Shown piece after piece: positions 44,716-53,577 of a stretch of 64,000 nucleotides of DNA. The stretch is from a virus, in IMG/VR virus record IMGVR_UViG_3300032213_002070, positions 32,001 through 96,000 of that record, one strand, 5' to 3'. The notes under the pieces were generated by a model. That model worked only from the letters and a program-made list of their open reading frames with translations. It searched no databases and was not told the origin of the DNA. Positions within the stretch are counted from its first letter, which is position 1. Every line of letters starts with the position of its first letter. Made by a program: the position numbers and the translations under genes.

Positions 44716-45625
44716 TACGCATCTCCTTTACGGTGTTGGCACTATTGTGAACTCTTTTACTTGCTCTTAGCAAATCGTCTCTCTTGAAAGAGTCTAAGTC
44801 TTTATAATTATTTTCAACAAATTCTACATAATCTTTGACTATATTTGGCATCCATATTTGACCTTGAGAACCAACTGGGATTTCACCATGAGTTATATTA
44901 ATTCCTCTTTCTAGATGAGGTGAACCCTGAGAAAAATACCCTATGTAGGCATACCTACTACCTTCCTTGCACGGGGAAATTTCATGTGAACCTAAATAAT
45001 TAGACGGGAACATTAACATATCTCCAGTCTTTGGCTTATAAGTTATATTTGCGTAAGGGAAATATATTTCACCGCCTAAATATTCATTTTTATTAAAATC
45101 ACTAATCGTATTAACTGAATCATTTAGATAGATGATTGTACCTACAACGCTTCTGGTTGCTACTTGAAGATCTGGTTCAAAACCAGGTTGGTAATTTACA
45201 TCGTTATCGCTATGTAGGCCCATTGCGCTTCCTGGACCATATGCCAATATATGGCCTTGAGTTCTCCACCATAAACTTGTCAATATCATTGGAAAAATTG
45301 TTGTGTAATTTAATACACCTTGATAAAAAATTTTTTCACATTGATCAAAAAAATTAATAATATCATTAGGCGTATTTTCGTCTACAAAATTCATTATATG
45401 ACTTGAACTCTTTAATATATCTTCCACAACATATCTATGACCACTTCTGTTTATTGCATAAAGCGGTTTATCGGCATCGTCATAGATTATTGTATAATCT
45501 TCTTTTATTGCTTTTTCTTTTAAAGAAGCAATAAACGGAAGAATAGTATCTTGGTCTACATTAACAACGTTCTCAAAAAGAACTATACCACAACCAAGAT
45601 GTTTTGGCTTTAACATTGTGCCCAT
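44708..45625 (-). CDS. 2OG-Fe(II) oxygenase, prolyl 4-hydroxylase-like
   Basis: HSD...YLND...GGEIYF...HEI...GSRY. Confidence 0.85.
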   Translation of the reverse strand: MGTMLKPKHLGCGIVLFENVVNVDQDTILPFIASLKEKAIKEDYTIIYDDADKPLYAINRSGHRYVVEDILKSSSHIMNFVDENTPNDIINFFDQCEKIFYQGVLNYTTIFPMILTSLWWRTQGHILAYGPGSAMGLHSDNDVNYQPGFEPDLQVATRSVVGTIIYLNDSVNTISDFNKNEYLGGEIYFPYANITYKPKTGDMLMFPSNYLGSHEISPCKEGSRYAYIGYFSQGSPHLERGINITHGEIPVGSQGQIWMPNIVKDYVEFVENNYKDLDSFKRDDLLRASKRVHNSANTVKEMRNE

Positions 45626-45627
45626 AT

Positions 45628-46728
45628 TTATAATACTACTGGATCAGTCCCGCATGGGCCTTCTGGTAGATTAGGGTCTAAGTTAGGGTTAAACTTTATT
45701 TCTTCCTTGACCTCTATGGCTTCGTGAGTAGTGCTATATTGAGCAACATTTCTACCTTGGTAAACAGGATTCCAGCCAAGTTCTACTTTGTATTTTTCGG
45801 GATCAGAATAAATTGAGTATGGCGACTTACAATATAGCTCATAGTCATCGTAAATATTATTAAGCCATACTGCTGGGCACCATTCAAAACTTCTTTCTGG
45901 TTCGCTAATAACTACATTAGCTGGAATGTCATCGCCACCTTGACCAAAGAATGATAGATAAGAATATCTTACACCCTTCCCCATTCTCTCAACATCATGT
46001 GATGCAACAAAGTTTGTTGGGAAGAATATAATGTCTCCCCTTTGTGGTTTATAGGAAACATTTAAGTGAACAAAACGAAGATGTCCGCCAGTAAAGTTTC
46101 TTCCATCTAATTCTTCTTCAGAATCAACGCAATCATTTAGATATAGCAGTGATCCACATGTCTGTCTTGATGCAACCATACCTCTTGGCATGTATCTTAC
46201 GCCACCAGTTACTTTGTAATTAGTATCATTATCAGCGTGACAACCTAGAATTCCACCATCTCCATATCTTAAAACGTGACCTCTATTTTTCCACCAAATA
46301 CTACCAATCATTAATGGATAATTGTCGATGTATTTAATCAAACACTTATAGTTTTGTTCCTCAAGATAGAGAAAGAAATTTTTAACTTCTTCTGGAGTTT
46401 CATCGGTAACAGGGTGTAAAAGTCTTACTGGAGTTGCCGGGACATCTTCAAGTCTATATCTAAAACCATCTTCGTTAATGCCGTATTCTACGCCATCTTC
46501 TCCGGTAATATAAGTCCATCTATTTTCATGCGCTTTTTGCGATCTAGAATCTATATAATCTAATACTAATTTTTGATCTATCTTAAAAGCATTTCTAAAA
46601 ACTATAATTCCTGGAGCCAATATTTCCATTTCTATTTCAGATATCTCTTTAAGAGTATCGTGAGATATAGTTGGTGTAACTGGGAAAGGTGTACTGTTAA
46701 TATATTTATCGGTTGGTTGGTTTTCCAT
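45628..46728 (-). CDS. 2OG-Fe(II) oxygenase, prolyl 4-hydroxylase-like
   Basis: HAD...YLND...GGHLRF...HDV...GVRY. Confidence 0.85.
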   Translation of the reverse strand: MENQPTDKYINSTPFPVTPTISHDTLKEISEIEMEILAPGIIVFRNAFKIDQKLVLDYIDSRSQKAHENRWTYITGEDGVEYGINEDGFRYRLEDVPATPVRLLHPVTDETPEEVKNFFLYLEEQNYKCLIKYIDNYPLMIGSIWWKNRGHVLRYGDGGILGCHADNDTNYKVTGGVRYMPRGMVASRQTCGSLLYLNDCVDSEEELDGRNFTGGHLRFVHLNVSYKPQRGDIIFFPTNFVASHDVERMGKGVRYSYLSFFGQGGDDIPANVVISEPERSFEWCPAVWLNNIYDDYELYCKSPYSIYSDPEKYKVELGWNPVYQGRNVAQYSTTHEAIEVKEEIKFNPNLDPNLPEGPCGTDPVVL

Positions 46729-46730
46729 GA

Positions 46731-47348
46731 CTATCCCAACATCTCATCAATAGCTTCTCTAATTGTCCATCCAGCGCCCATAACTCTTGGCACTTCGTCT
46801 AAAGGCATGTCTTGCCAATTAAACCTAGCAACCATAATACCATCTCTGCTAACTAAAAATTTTTCATACCCATGAGAAATTCTAGAAATTGCTTGTCCGG
46901 CTAAATTTTGATTCTCTACAGCCTTATCACTTTGATCGGCAGTGAAGTCAGAATAATTTCTTTTTTCATTACCTTTTAAAGCTGAAAATACAGGGTGTTC
47001 GTTTTTTCCATTGACATCTACTTTTTCAAAAAATGGAAAAGTCACAAAAGGATAATACTCCTTAACAAAAGGAATTATCTCTTCATTTGTTCCTGGTTCC
47101 ATTTGGGCAAATTGGTTATTAGGAAATGCCAATACGGAAAACCCTCTATCCTTAAATTCGTCATGCACTTGTTGCAGTTGCCACAATTGACGCGATGTTC
47201 TAGCATAAGACCACACCTTGGAGCACTTAGGCTCATAACCACCAGCTTTTGTGGAGACGTTTACTATCAAGGTAAGTTTACCTTTAAACGTGGATAGATA
47301 GTTTTCTTGACCATCTATCGATGTAGCTTCTATATCATAAATTGACAT
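46731..47348 (-). CDS. Glutathione peroxidase-like protein with altered active site
   Basis: KGKLTLIVNVSTK, GFSVLAFPNNQF..EPG, FEKVDVNG..EHPVF, YEKFLVSRDG; canonical peroxidatic Cys position is Ala; start placed at MSIYD. Confidence 0.8.
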   Translation of the reverse strand: MSIYDIEATSIDGQENYLSTFKGKLTLIVNVSTKAGGYEPKCSKVWSYARTSRQLWQLQQVHDEFKDRGFSVLAFPNNQFAQMEPGTNEEIIPFVKEYYPFVTFPFFEKVDVNGKNEHPVFSALKGNEKRNYSDFTADQSDKAVENQNLAGQAISRISHGYEKFLVSRDGIMVARFNWQDMPLDEVPRVMGAGWTIREAIDEMLG

Positions 47349-47655
47349 TTTTTTCACCTTTGATGTCGAGTTTTGTATACTGATCTATTTCTAAGGTGCC
47401 TTCAAATTTGTCATCAACTACTTCTACATTTACGGTAAGAGTAGCTTTTATTGGGGTATCTACGGTTGCGGAAAATGTAATTGTATCGCCTGATACAACG
47501 CCATTGTCAAAATCTAAAGAACCTCTTTCTCCGACAATTGTCCCGGAAACAAATGGTTCAATTGATTTTATAGTAGCACTAGCGTTGCTAGTACCAAATG
47601 GAGTAAGTGCAGAAACTTTCCAATTTCCAATTATGTTTGAAAGAATTTTATTCAT
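47335..47655 (-). CDS. Small beta-rich hypothetical protein
   Basis: 106 aa, GNWKVSALTPFG...; preceded by TATACT 6 nt before the ATG. Confidence 0.55.
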   Translation of the reverse strand: MNKILSNIIGNWKVSALTPFGTSNASATIKSIEPFVSGTIVGERGSLDFDNGVVSGDTITFSATVDTPIKATLTVNVEVVDDKFEGTLEIDQYTKLDIKGEKNVNL

Positions 47656-47698
47656 GTTCTAAGTATACTACAAAAAATTTCAATAAGACGTATTTTTA

Positions 47699-48334
47699 TT
47701 ATTCATAATGAGCTTCATTCCTAGACACTACTCTTGGAGTCTTCTCTTTATGCCAAATGCTCACTCCAAATATAACTCTATTTCCACTTATAACTGAAGT
47801 GCTGTTATGTCCATTATGTCCCCCATCAAAAATGACTAATCTATTTGGCTTACAGGATATTCTTTCTCTTTCCTCTATTGGAGTAATTAAAGGTGTAATA
47901 TTTTCTTTTTCTAAACAATTTAGATCCCCATCTTCTACCCTTGTTTTGTGAATTTCTAAAAATCCACCAACAACACCTGCGTTAGATTCTGGAAAATAAA
48001 TACATCCAATTGTTGAACCTTGAAATTTTTTTTCTTCTTTATATAACAAAACATCTTCATCAAAATGAAAAGGTATATACTCACCCTCGGTATATGTTCT
48101 TATCCAGTATTCAAAACCACTTATATCTTTTATTGGAATAGGAAGATTATTTTCCCATATAGCTTTAACTAATTTCTTTTTAGTGTTATTTGCTGGACTA
48201 TCCCACCAGCCAGGCCAAAAAGTAAATTTTCCCTCGTATTGACCACCACCTATTGATTCCGGATAAAAACTTTGGTCTAATTCTATTTCTTTTAAAAAAT
48301 CAGAATCTTTAATAAAATCATCAACTACTATCAT
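47699..48334 (-). CDS. 2OG-Fe(II) oxygenase (divergent subtype)
   Basis: GFEYW...HFDED...GGFLEI...NRLVIF...HNSTSVISGNR. Confidence 0.75.
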   Translation of the reverse strand: MIVVDDFIKDSDFLKEIELDQSFYPESIGGGQYEGKFTFWPGWWDSPANNTKKKLVKAIWENNLPIPIKDISGFEYWIRTYTEGEYIPFHFDEDVLLYKEEKKFQGSTIGCIYFPESNAGVVGGFLEIHKTRVEDGDLNCLEKENITPLITPIEERERISCKPNRLVIFDGGHNGHNSTSVISGNRVIFGVSIWHKEKTPRVVSRNEAHYE

Positions 48335-48346
48335 GATAGTATTATA

Positions 48347-49066
48347 CTACAGTTTTACGACGGTTGTCATTCCTATGGTGGTGTAATCGTGAGATATGCA
48401 TACATTTTCTAAACTCTTTAAATGCTGATGTATTTCAAAATAAGGAGAATACTCTGCGTCAGTTTCGTACAGATTTCCATTATCGTTAATCCAGGTAACT
48501 AACATGACGCCATTTGCAGCTAACATATTGTAATAAGAAAGAACCAATGATGGATCATGTACTATGTCGTATGAGTTCAGTGATATAAAGTCAAAAGGGC
48601 CACCTTCTGAAGCTTCTGCTTGCTGTCTGGATATTACTTCGTAGTCCCATTCGGCTATTTCTGTTTCTGTCAAAATGCAACGCTCAAGAAGATTTAATTG
48701 ATGATTGTTAACTAGGGTAAGATCCGACCTACTTGCAACTGTTTGAGCAAATGCTATACTAAATACTGGACTGGTTAGTAAAGACTTGGTTGGTTTCTTG
48801 ATTAAGAAACTACTTTCTTGTAAACTATCCCCATATCTAAAGCCATCTGTACTTTTATGTACCGAATCTTCTCTAGAAAAAGTATCAAAATACCAAATAA
48901 ATATATCTCCGCCTACTGCTATTTTTCTTTTGTCTATAGGAAGAGTATCTAAATATTCTTTAACCTTAACATAACTATCTTGTTCAAGCTGATTTACTTC
49001 AGCATTTGATCTATAAGGTTTTAGTAAGCCGTTAACTCTAGCAAAAAAAGATTTTTCCATACTCAT
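48347..49066 (-). CDS. Hypothetical protein with methyltransferase-like C-terminal fold
   Basis: GPFDFISL...YNMLAANGVMLV resembles class I SAM methyltransferase post-II motifs; no clear GxGxG. Confidence 0.35.
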   Translation of the reverse strand: MSMEKSFFARVNGLLKPYRSNAEVNQLEQDSYVKVKEYLDTLPIDKRKIAVGGDIFIWYFDTFSREDSVHKSTDGFRYGDSLQESSFLIKKPTKSLLTSPVFSIAFAQTVASRSDLTLVNNHQLNLLERCILTETEIAEWDYEVISRQQAEASEGGPFDFISLNSYDIVHDPSLVLSYYNMLAANGVMLVTWINDNGNLYETDAEYSPYFEIHQHLKSLENVCISHDYTTIGMTTVVKL

Positions 49067-49067
49067 A

Positions 49068-49370
49068 TTATGCGGCTCCTAATGCTATTTGGCGCATCCA
49101 CCAAAATCTTCTAATGGTAGATACAATTGTGATTCTTTGACTTCTTAGAATCGCAATTGCTGGCTCATCTGCGTATATTTTTTCTGGCCCCGAGTTTGGA
49201 GTTTCAACAGGTTCAATTTCTTGATTAATTAAATTAAATGTTCTTGCTTGAGAAATAATTTGATCAATAGATAGAATATCCATATCTTCTGCTGTAAGTC
49301 CAATTATATTTAATTGAAAAGCTAAGACTGATTCTATGTATTCGAGATCTTGTTGTGCGTTATAGCTCAT
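49068..49370 (-). CDS. Small hypothetical protein
   Basis: 100 aa ORF in a tightly packed operon. Confidence 0.55.
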   Translation of the reverse strand: MSYNAQQDLEYIESVLAFQLNIIGLTAEDMDILSIDQIISQARTFNLINQEIEPVETPNSGPEKIYADEPAIAILRSQRITIVSTIRRFWWMRQIALGAA

Positions 49371-49372
49371 GG

Positions 49373-49567
49373 TTACTCTTCTTCTTCATCGTCGTTAAAT
49401 GAAAATCCTGTAAAAGATCTGTCTTTCTTTATCTTATCTGAACTGTTAATATTGCAATTAAATTCAATTCCGTCTGAGAATACAAACTTGCCAGATGCTT
49501 TAGAAAACGTTGGGACCAGGTCATCATTGGTATCAGACTCAGAATTGTCAGTAATATTCTCTGCCAT
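49373..49567 (-). CDS. Small acidic hypothetical protein
   Basis: 64 aa ORF, 2-6 nt from its neighbours. Confidence 0.5.
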   Translation of the reverse strand: MAENITDNSESDTNDDLVPTFSKASGKFVFSDGIEFNCNINSSDKIKKDRSFTGFSFNDDEEEE

Positions 49568-49573
49568 AAGTTA

Positions 49574-49810
49574 TTATCCTAATAGTTTTAAAGATGCTAT
49601 TTGATTAAATAATGATTGAAAACTAGCAGTTGTTGTTGGTGAAAGCGATGTGCTAATCGAAGATAATGAAATAAGCTCATCAACGTTTGAAGCTCCAAGA
49701 GCACTTTCTGGATCTACTGACAATAAATACGATAATGTATATATTGATTTTTCCAAATAATTTGCAGCTTTGTTTTTCATTACTTCTTTTTGTGAATCAT
49801 TCACAGCCAT
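49574..49810 (-). CDS. Small hypothetical protein
   Basis: 78 aa ORF with AGGGAG SD. Confidence 0.55.
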   Translation of the reverse strand: MAVNDSQKEVMKNKAANYLEKSIYTLSYLLSVDPESALGASNVDELISLSSISTSLSPTTTASFQSLFNQIASLKLLG

Positions 49811-49822
49811 TTTTTTACTCCC

Positions 49823-50077
49823 TTAGGATAATTCTGCTATTTTTTCAGTTATAAGAGCTAAGCGCCCTATTGCATTTGTAATACTACGCTTGATCATGTA
49901 GTCAGCATCGTCTTCTGGCGAAGTTGCTGTTGGATCAAAATTCCAAGTAGATAGATCGTAAGTGTCAGGATTATGTCCTAATTTTGCGATATTCTTATAA
50001 GTTTCTGCTTGGAATTCTGCTTTAGCAGCTTTTAAGGTTCTTAATTTTTCTTCTTGTGTAACTAACGAAAATGACAT
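49823..50077 (-). CDS. Small hypothetical protein
   Basis: 84 aa ORF with GAGG SD, downstream of a TTACTATAT motif. Confidence 0.6.
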   Translation of the reverse strand: MSFSLVTQEEKLRTLKAAKAEFQAETYKNIAKLGHNPDTYDLSTWNFDPTATSPEDDADYMIKRSITNAIGRLALITEKIAELS

Positions 50078-50109
50078 TGTGCCTCACTTCTCGGTAAAAT
50101 TGTATGTTG

Positions 50110-50118
50110 ATATAGTAA
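50110..50118 (-). promoter_or_regulatory. Putative late promoter motif TTACTATAT
   Basis: 33 nt upstream of ATG 50077. Confidence 0.5.
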
Positions 50119-50823
50119 CTAGATATTTGGATTGTTTAACTTTAAAAGCCCACTATTTGCAGGGCCAATCTTTTCGCCTTTTTCATCTAATCCAGTTTTA
50201 ATACCCTTCATCCACGTCCATGGTTCTTCTTGATTTTTCTTCATTTTAGCATCTCCGTAAGCTTGGCGAGCTACCATTAAAGATGGTTTGTCCCAAAGAT
50301 TATCTACTTTAAACTCAACTGATTCAAGAAGACTGCTTTTAAATATATTAAAAAACATAAATGGAGTTCCAGCTTCAAACGTAACTGGTTCACCAATTTT
50401 AGTAATCATCCAATTCATTTGGAACTCATCTGGCCACCAGCTACTCGGTATAATTGCACTAAGGGGAGATGCTCCATCAATCATATAATTTGGCGATCCA
50501 CCTATCCAAGTCTCATAACCTTCTTCGGTACCAAATGCCCAACCAACAGAAAAAGAAACCATACCTATAATTCCACCATAGGCAAATGTTCTACCCATAT
50601 ACTCTGCGCCGCTAAGGATTTTTACATTATTATTTCCACCCTCCCACTCAACTACTACATCTTGTGGAAGTATTAATTCCCACCCATGTACATTTGCTGT
50701 AGTCATTGGAAGACACTGGTATGCGTGCTTCTTATATGTATTATCCATCCAATCTCTTTTAACTCTAGACTGAATTATCTGCGGTGGGTTTTGGTGGGTT
50801 TTGGTTAACGTAACTTGTGTCAT
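50119..50823 (-). CDS. DUF6065-like protein
   Basis: RDWMD...HAYQCLPMTTANVHGW...F.MNW...PV.FEAG.PF pattern recognised from memory of this family, which often sits near 2OG oxygenases. Confidence 0.6.
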   Translation of the reverse strand: MTQVTLTKTHQNPPQIIQSRVKRDWMDNTYKKHAYQCLPMTTANVHGWELILPQDVVVEWEGGNNNVKILSGAEYMGRTFAYGGIIGMVSFSVGWAFGTEEGYETWIGGSPNYMIDGASPLSAIIPSSWWPDEFQMNWMITKIGEPVTFEAGTPFMFFNIFKSSLLESVEFKVDNLWDKPSLMVARQAYGDAKMKKNQEEPWTWMKGIKTGLDEKGEKIGPANSGLLKLNNPNI

Positions 50824-50826
50824 AGG

Positions 50827-51426
50827 TTAGATTGTATCATCCAATAAGACTTCTATTGCAGCCTTGATGTTTGTTAGAGCTTGTTCTGGATCTGTTTTTC
50901 TTTCTCCGGCATTGAATGCTAAATCTAACAAATCAGAGTTGCAAAAGCGGAACATTTTTTTTCCATCTCTGCCTATAATTATTTTTTCAAAATTACCTTG
51001 AATTGGGTCTTTATCTTCTTGAATTAATTTAAAGAAAGGGTGCTGTTCTATACCAGCTTTTGGCTCTGGAGCAATTCCAACTAATTCACTAAAAGGAAGA
51101 TCAGTCTTATATAATTCTTTCATGTGATCTCGCATATGTACTGGGCTTGCATTAGATTCTTTAAACGCACCGTATGCATCGTCGCAGAAATCTGTACTCG
51201 GTACAGCTAATACCTCAAAGCCTAAATCCTTGTATTCTTTATATAGATCTTCGATAATTGGATATTGAGCGGAATTAGCACATTCTCCAGTTACGTTGAC
51301 AATCATTGTTACTTTGCCTTTATTCTTAGCAAGGATGTTTTCCTCGCCATCTAATGATGATAATGGAATGTCATATATTGATGATTCAAAACGTTCTAGA
51401 CTTGGTAACTCTTTTTTATCAAACAT
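50827..51426 (-). CDS. Glutathione peroxidase-like protein (Cys-type)
   Basis: KGKVTMIVNVTGECANSAQY, GFEVLAVPSTDF, GNFEKIIIGRDG. Confidence 0.8.
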   Translation of the reverse strand: MFDKKELPSLERFESSIYDIPLSSLDGEENILAKNKGKVTMIVNVTGECANSAQYPIIEDLYKEYKDLGFEVLAVPSTDFCDDAYGAFKESNASPVHMRDHMKELYKTDLPFSELVGIAPEPKAGIEQHPFFKLIQEDKDPIQGNFEKIIIGRDGKKMFRFCNSDLLDLAFNAGERKTDPEQALTNIKAAIEVLLDDTI

Positions 51427-51435
51427 GTTTTCTCC

Positions 51436-52170
51436 TTATGCTGGTTGAGGGTACGCTAGGGGTTGATTGGATCCTTTTGTTATGCCTTTTGTTTGATCTG
51501 CTTTAGAACCATCTGAGCCATAACCAATCCCATACTTGTGATTATTATCGTTATAATCAAACATAGTAACTGCAGAATATTTGATACCACTAGTCACCTT
51601 TAATGATGCGTGTGCATATATAAAAGTTGATGGAAATAATACAATATCTCCAGCTTGAGGCTTAAATTTGATATCTAGATATGGAAACCATAATTCCCCA
51701 CCCTCGTAATCGTCATTAAGGTAAATGACAGAAGAAACCGTACAAGTATAAGAGAAACCATGATCTGCGTGTACTGCAAAATGTTGACCTGGGTTATACC
51801 TAACAAAATTAATTGCTTCCATATAATCCATTTTAAAGTTATACAAAGATTCGTAGTGAGTCAAACACTTTTTTAAATTTGTCTCTACGTCTTCATAGCA
51901 TTTTTTAACTTCTTCAAATTCTGGAGTTAGATACTGCCAATGTGCTGGACTCATCTTTAGATCAACACAATCTCTATATTCTGGCATTTTTTCATTATAC
52001 CCGACCATTGCTTCTGACCACTTAAATAATTCATGGGAGCTATTGCCGATAGCAGATTCTAATCTTTCTGGAATATTAAGCTCTCTTGGTACTGCATTTC
52101 TATACAAGAATATGCCAAATTTTCTATTGTCCTCTACGCTGTCACAAGAACCTACATGAAAAAATTCCAT
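51436..52170 (-). CDS. 2OG-Fe(II) oxygenase, prolyl 4-hydroxylase-like
   Basis: RYNPGQHFAVHAD...YLNDDYEGGELWF...HAS..VTSGIKY. Confidence 0.9.
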   Translation of the reverse strand: MEFFHVGSCDSVEDNRKFGIFLYRNAVPRELNIPERLESAIGNSSHELFKWSEAMVGYNEKMPEYRDCVDLKMSPAHWQYLTPEFEEVKKCYEDVETNLKKCLTHYESLYNFKMDYMEAINFVRYNPGQHFAVHADHGFSYTCTVSSVIYLNDDYEGGELWFPYLDIKFKPQAGDIVLFPSTFIYAHASLKVTSGIKYSAVTMFDYNDNNHKYGIGYGSDGSKADQTKGITKGSNQPLAYPQPA

Positions 52171-52204
52171 TTTTTACCTTCTCTCAATTAGCTATTTTGT
52201 TTAG

Positions 52205-52213
52205 TGCTATACT
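52205..52213 (+). promoter_or_regulatory. Extended -10 promoter candidate (TGCTATACT)
   Basis: Upstream of the AAGGAG SD and ATG 52246. Confidence 0.5.
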
Positions 52214-52245
52214 ATACCACACGTATATCTACCAAGGAGTGTTGT

Positions 52246-52881
52246 ATGGATTTTGATACTGATACTAAATCGTTAATCGAACCTGGATACTTTGGAGATT
52301 CTTCTGATAATATCATTATATTAGAAAATTTTGTTGAATTACAGGATTTAAAAATTATACAAGATTTTTTACCTAATATCAACGAATGGATGGATGCCGG
52401 AGAAAATACTTATTCTGAAGATGGTACCTGCACCTATGATGCGTCCTACTGGGCTAATAGGCAATGTAGTTTTGATATTCTTTCTAGAATTAACTTAGAC
52501 GTATACAACCTAGTCGATAAGTATATTTTAAAAATGAAGTATGCTTTAGAAGATAACTTTAAGGTTAAGTTAGTGGTTAGACCACCAGTAATCATTAGAT
52601 GGTTTCCGGGCTTAGAGCAGCAGCCACATGCCGACAAGCAGTTGAACGATGGATCTCCAAATCCTTTTCCTACATATGATCTAAATTCGTTAATTTATTA
52701 TAATGATGATTTTGAGGGTGGGGAATTATACTACCCTCAACATGATATTGTGGTTAAGCCAAAGCCTGGTTTAGCGGTTGCCCACCCTGGGGATATTAAT
52801 TATCTTCATGGCGTCAAAAAGGTTATTAGTGGAGAAAGATTTACCACACCATCTTTTTATACTATTACAGAATTATTGTAA
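52246..52881 (+). CDS. 2OG-Fe(II) oxygenase, prolyl 4-hydroxylase-like (only + strand gene)
   Basis: HAD...YYNDDFEGGELYY...HGV..VISGER; start reassigned to ATG 52246 behind AAGGAG. Confidence 0.9.
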   Translation: MDFDTDTKSLIEPGYFGDSSDNIIILENFVELQDLKIIQDFLPNINEWMDAGENTYSEDGTCTYDASYWANRQCSFDILSRINLDVYNLVDKYILKMKYALEDNFKVKLVVRPPVIIRWFPGLEQQPHADKQLNDGSPNPFPTYDLNSLIYYNDDFEGGELYYPQHDIVVKPKPGLAVAHPGDINYLHGVKKVISGERFTTPSFYTITELL

Positions 52882-53577
52882 CTAGTTAAATATAAAACCT
52901 TCACCCTCGACCCAATCATTGTCGTTGTTGTATATTTTTGGAATTCCCTGACGCGAGGGTTTGATTTTTGGATGGAACTTGCTGCTATAGTCCCAAAAAG
53001 TTGCTGCTGCATATCTAAAACCTGATTTAACTATATTAACTTTATGAGCGTGCATAAATGATGATGGAAACAATACTATATCTCCAGCTTCTGGCTTAAA
53101 TTCAAAATCCAATAATGGAAATCCCAATTCTCCACCTTCATAATCATCGTTTAAATATGCAAGTGCCGATACCACTGAAGAATAACTAGATCCAGCATCT
53201 ACGTGAGTCACGAAATGATGACCTTCACCATATTTCATAAAATTTAATCCTTGTTGAAATGGAAGTTTTAAATTATACAAATCTTTATAATGAGTGATCG
53301 CACTCAGAAAACCTCGATCAATCTCTTCATAACAGTTTTTTATTTCTTCAAATTCTGGAGTTAAAAACTGCCAATAATCTGAATGCATTTTGAGGTCAAA
53401 ACATCTTCTGTAGCTGGATAGATCCTTGCCCATTAGATTGGTAGAATCTGTCCATCTAAATAACTCATCAGAACTATTATCTAATACCGATTCTAATCTG
53501 TTAATTATATCCGCCCCATTGGGGATAGCATTTGTGTATATGTGCACTCCGTGCACTGGATTAGTTACTTCCATCAT
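52882..53577 (-). CDS. 2OG-Fe(II) oxygenase, close paralog of 51436..52170
   Basis: HVD...YLNDDYEGGELGF...HKV..VKSGFRY; shares WQ.LTPEFEE.K.CYE with 51436..52170. Confidence 0.9.
   Translation of the reverse strand: MMEVTNPVHGVHIYTNAIPNGADIINRLESVLDNSSDELFRWTDSTNLMGKDLSSYRRCFDLKMHSDYWQFLTPEFEEIKNCYEEIDRGFLSAITHYKDLYNLKLPFQQGLNFMKYGEGHHFVTHVDAGSSYSSVVSALAYLNDDYEGGELGFPLLDFEFKPEAGDIVLFPSSFMHAHKVNIVKSGFRYAAATFWDYSSKFHPKIKPSRQGIPKIYNNDNDWVEGEGFIFN

Noticed and set aside
46731-51426. Selenocysteine in the GPx-like genes
   Set aside because: No in-frame TGA at the active-site position in either gene
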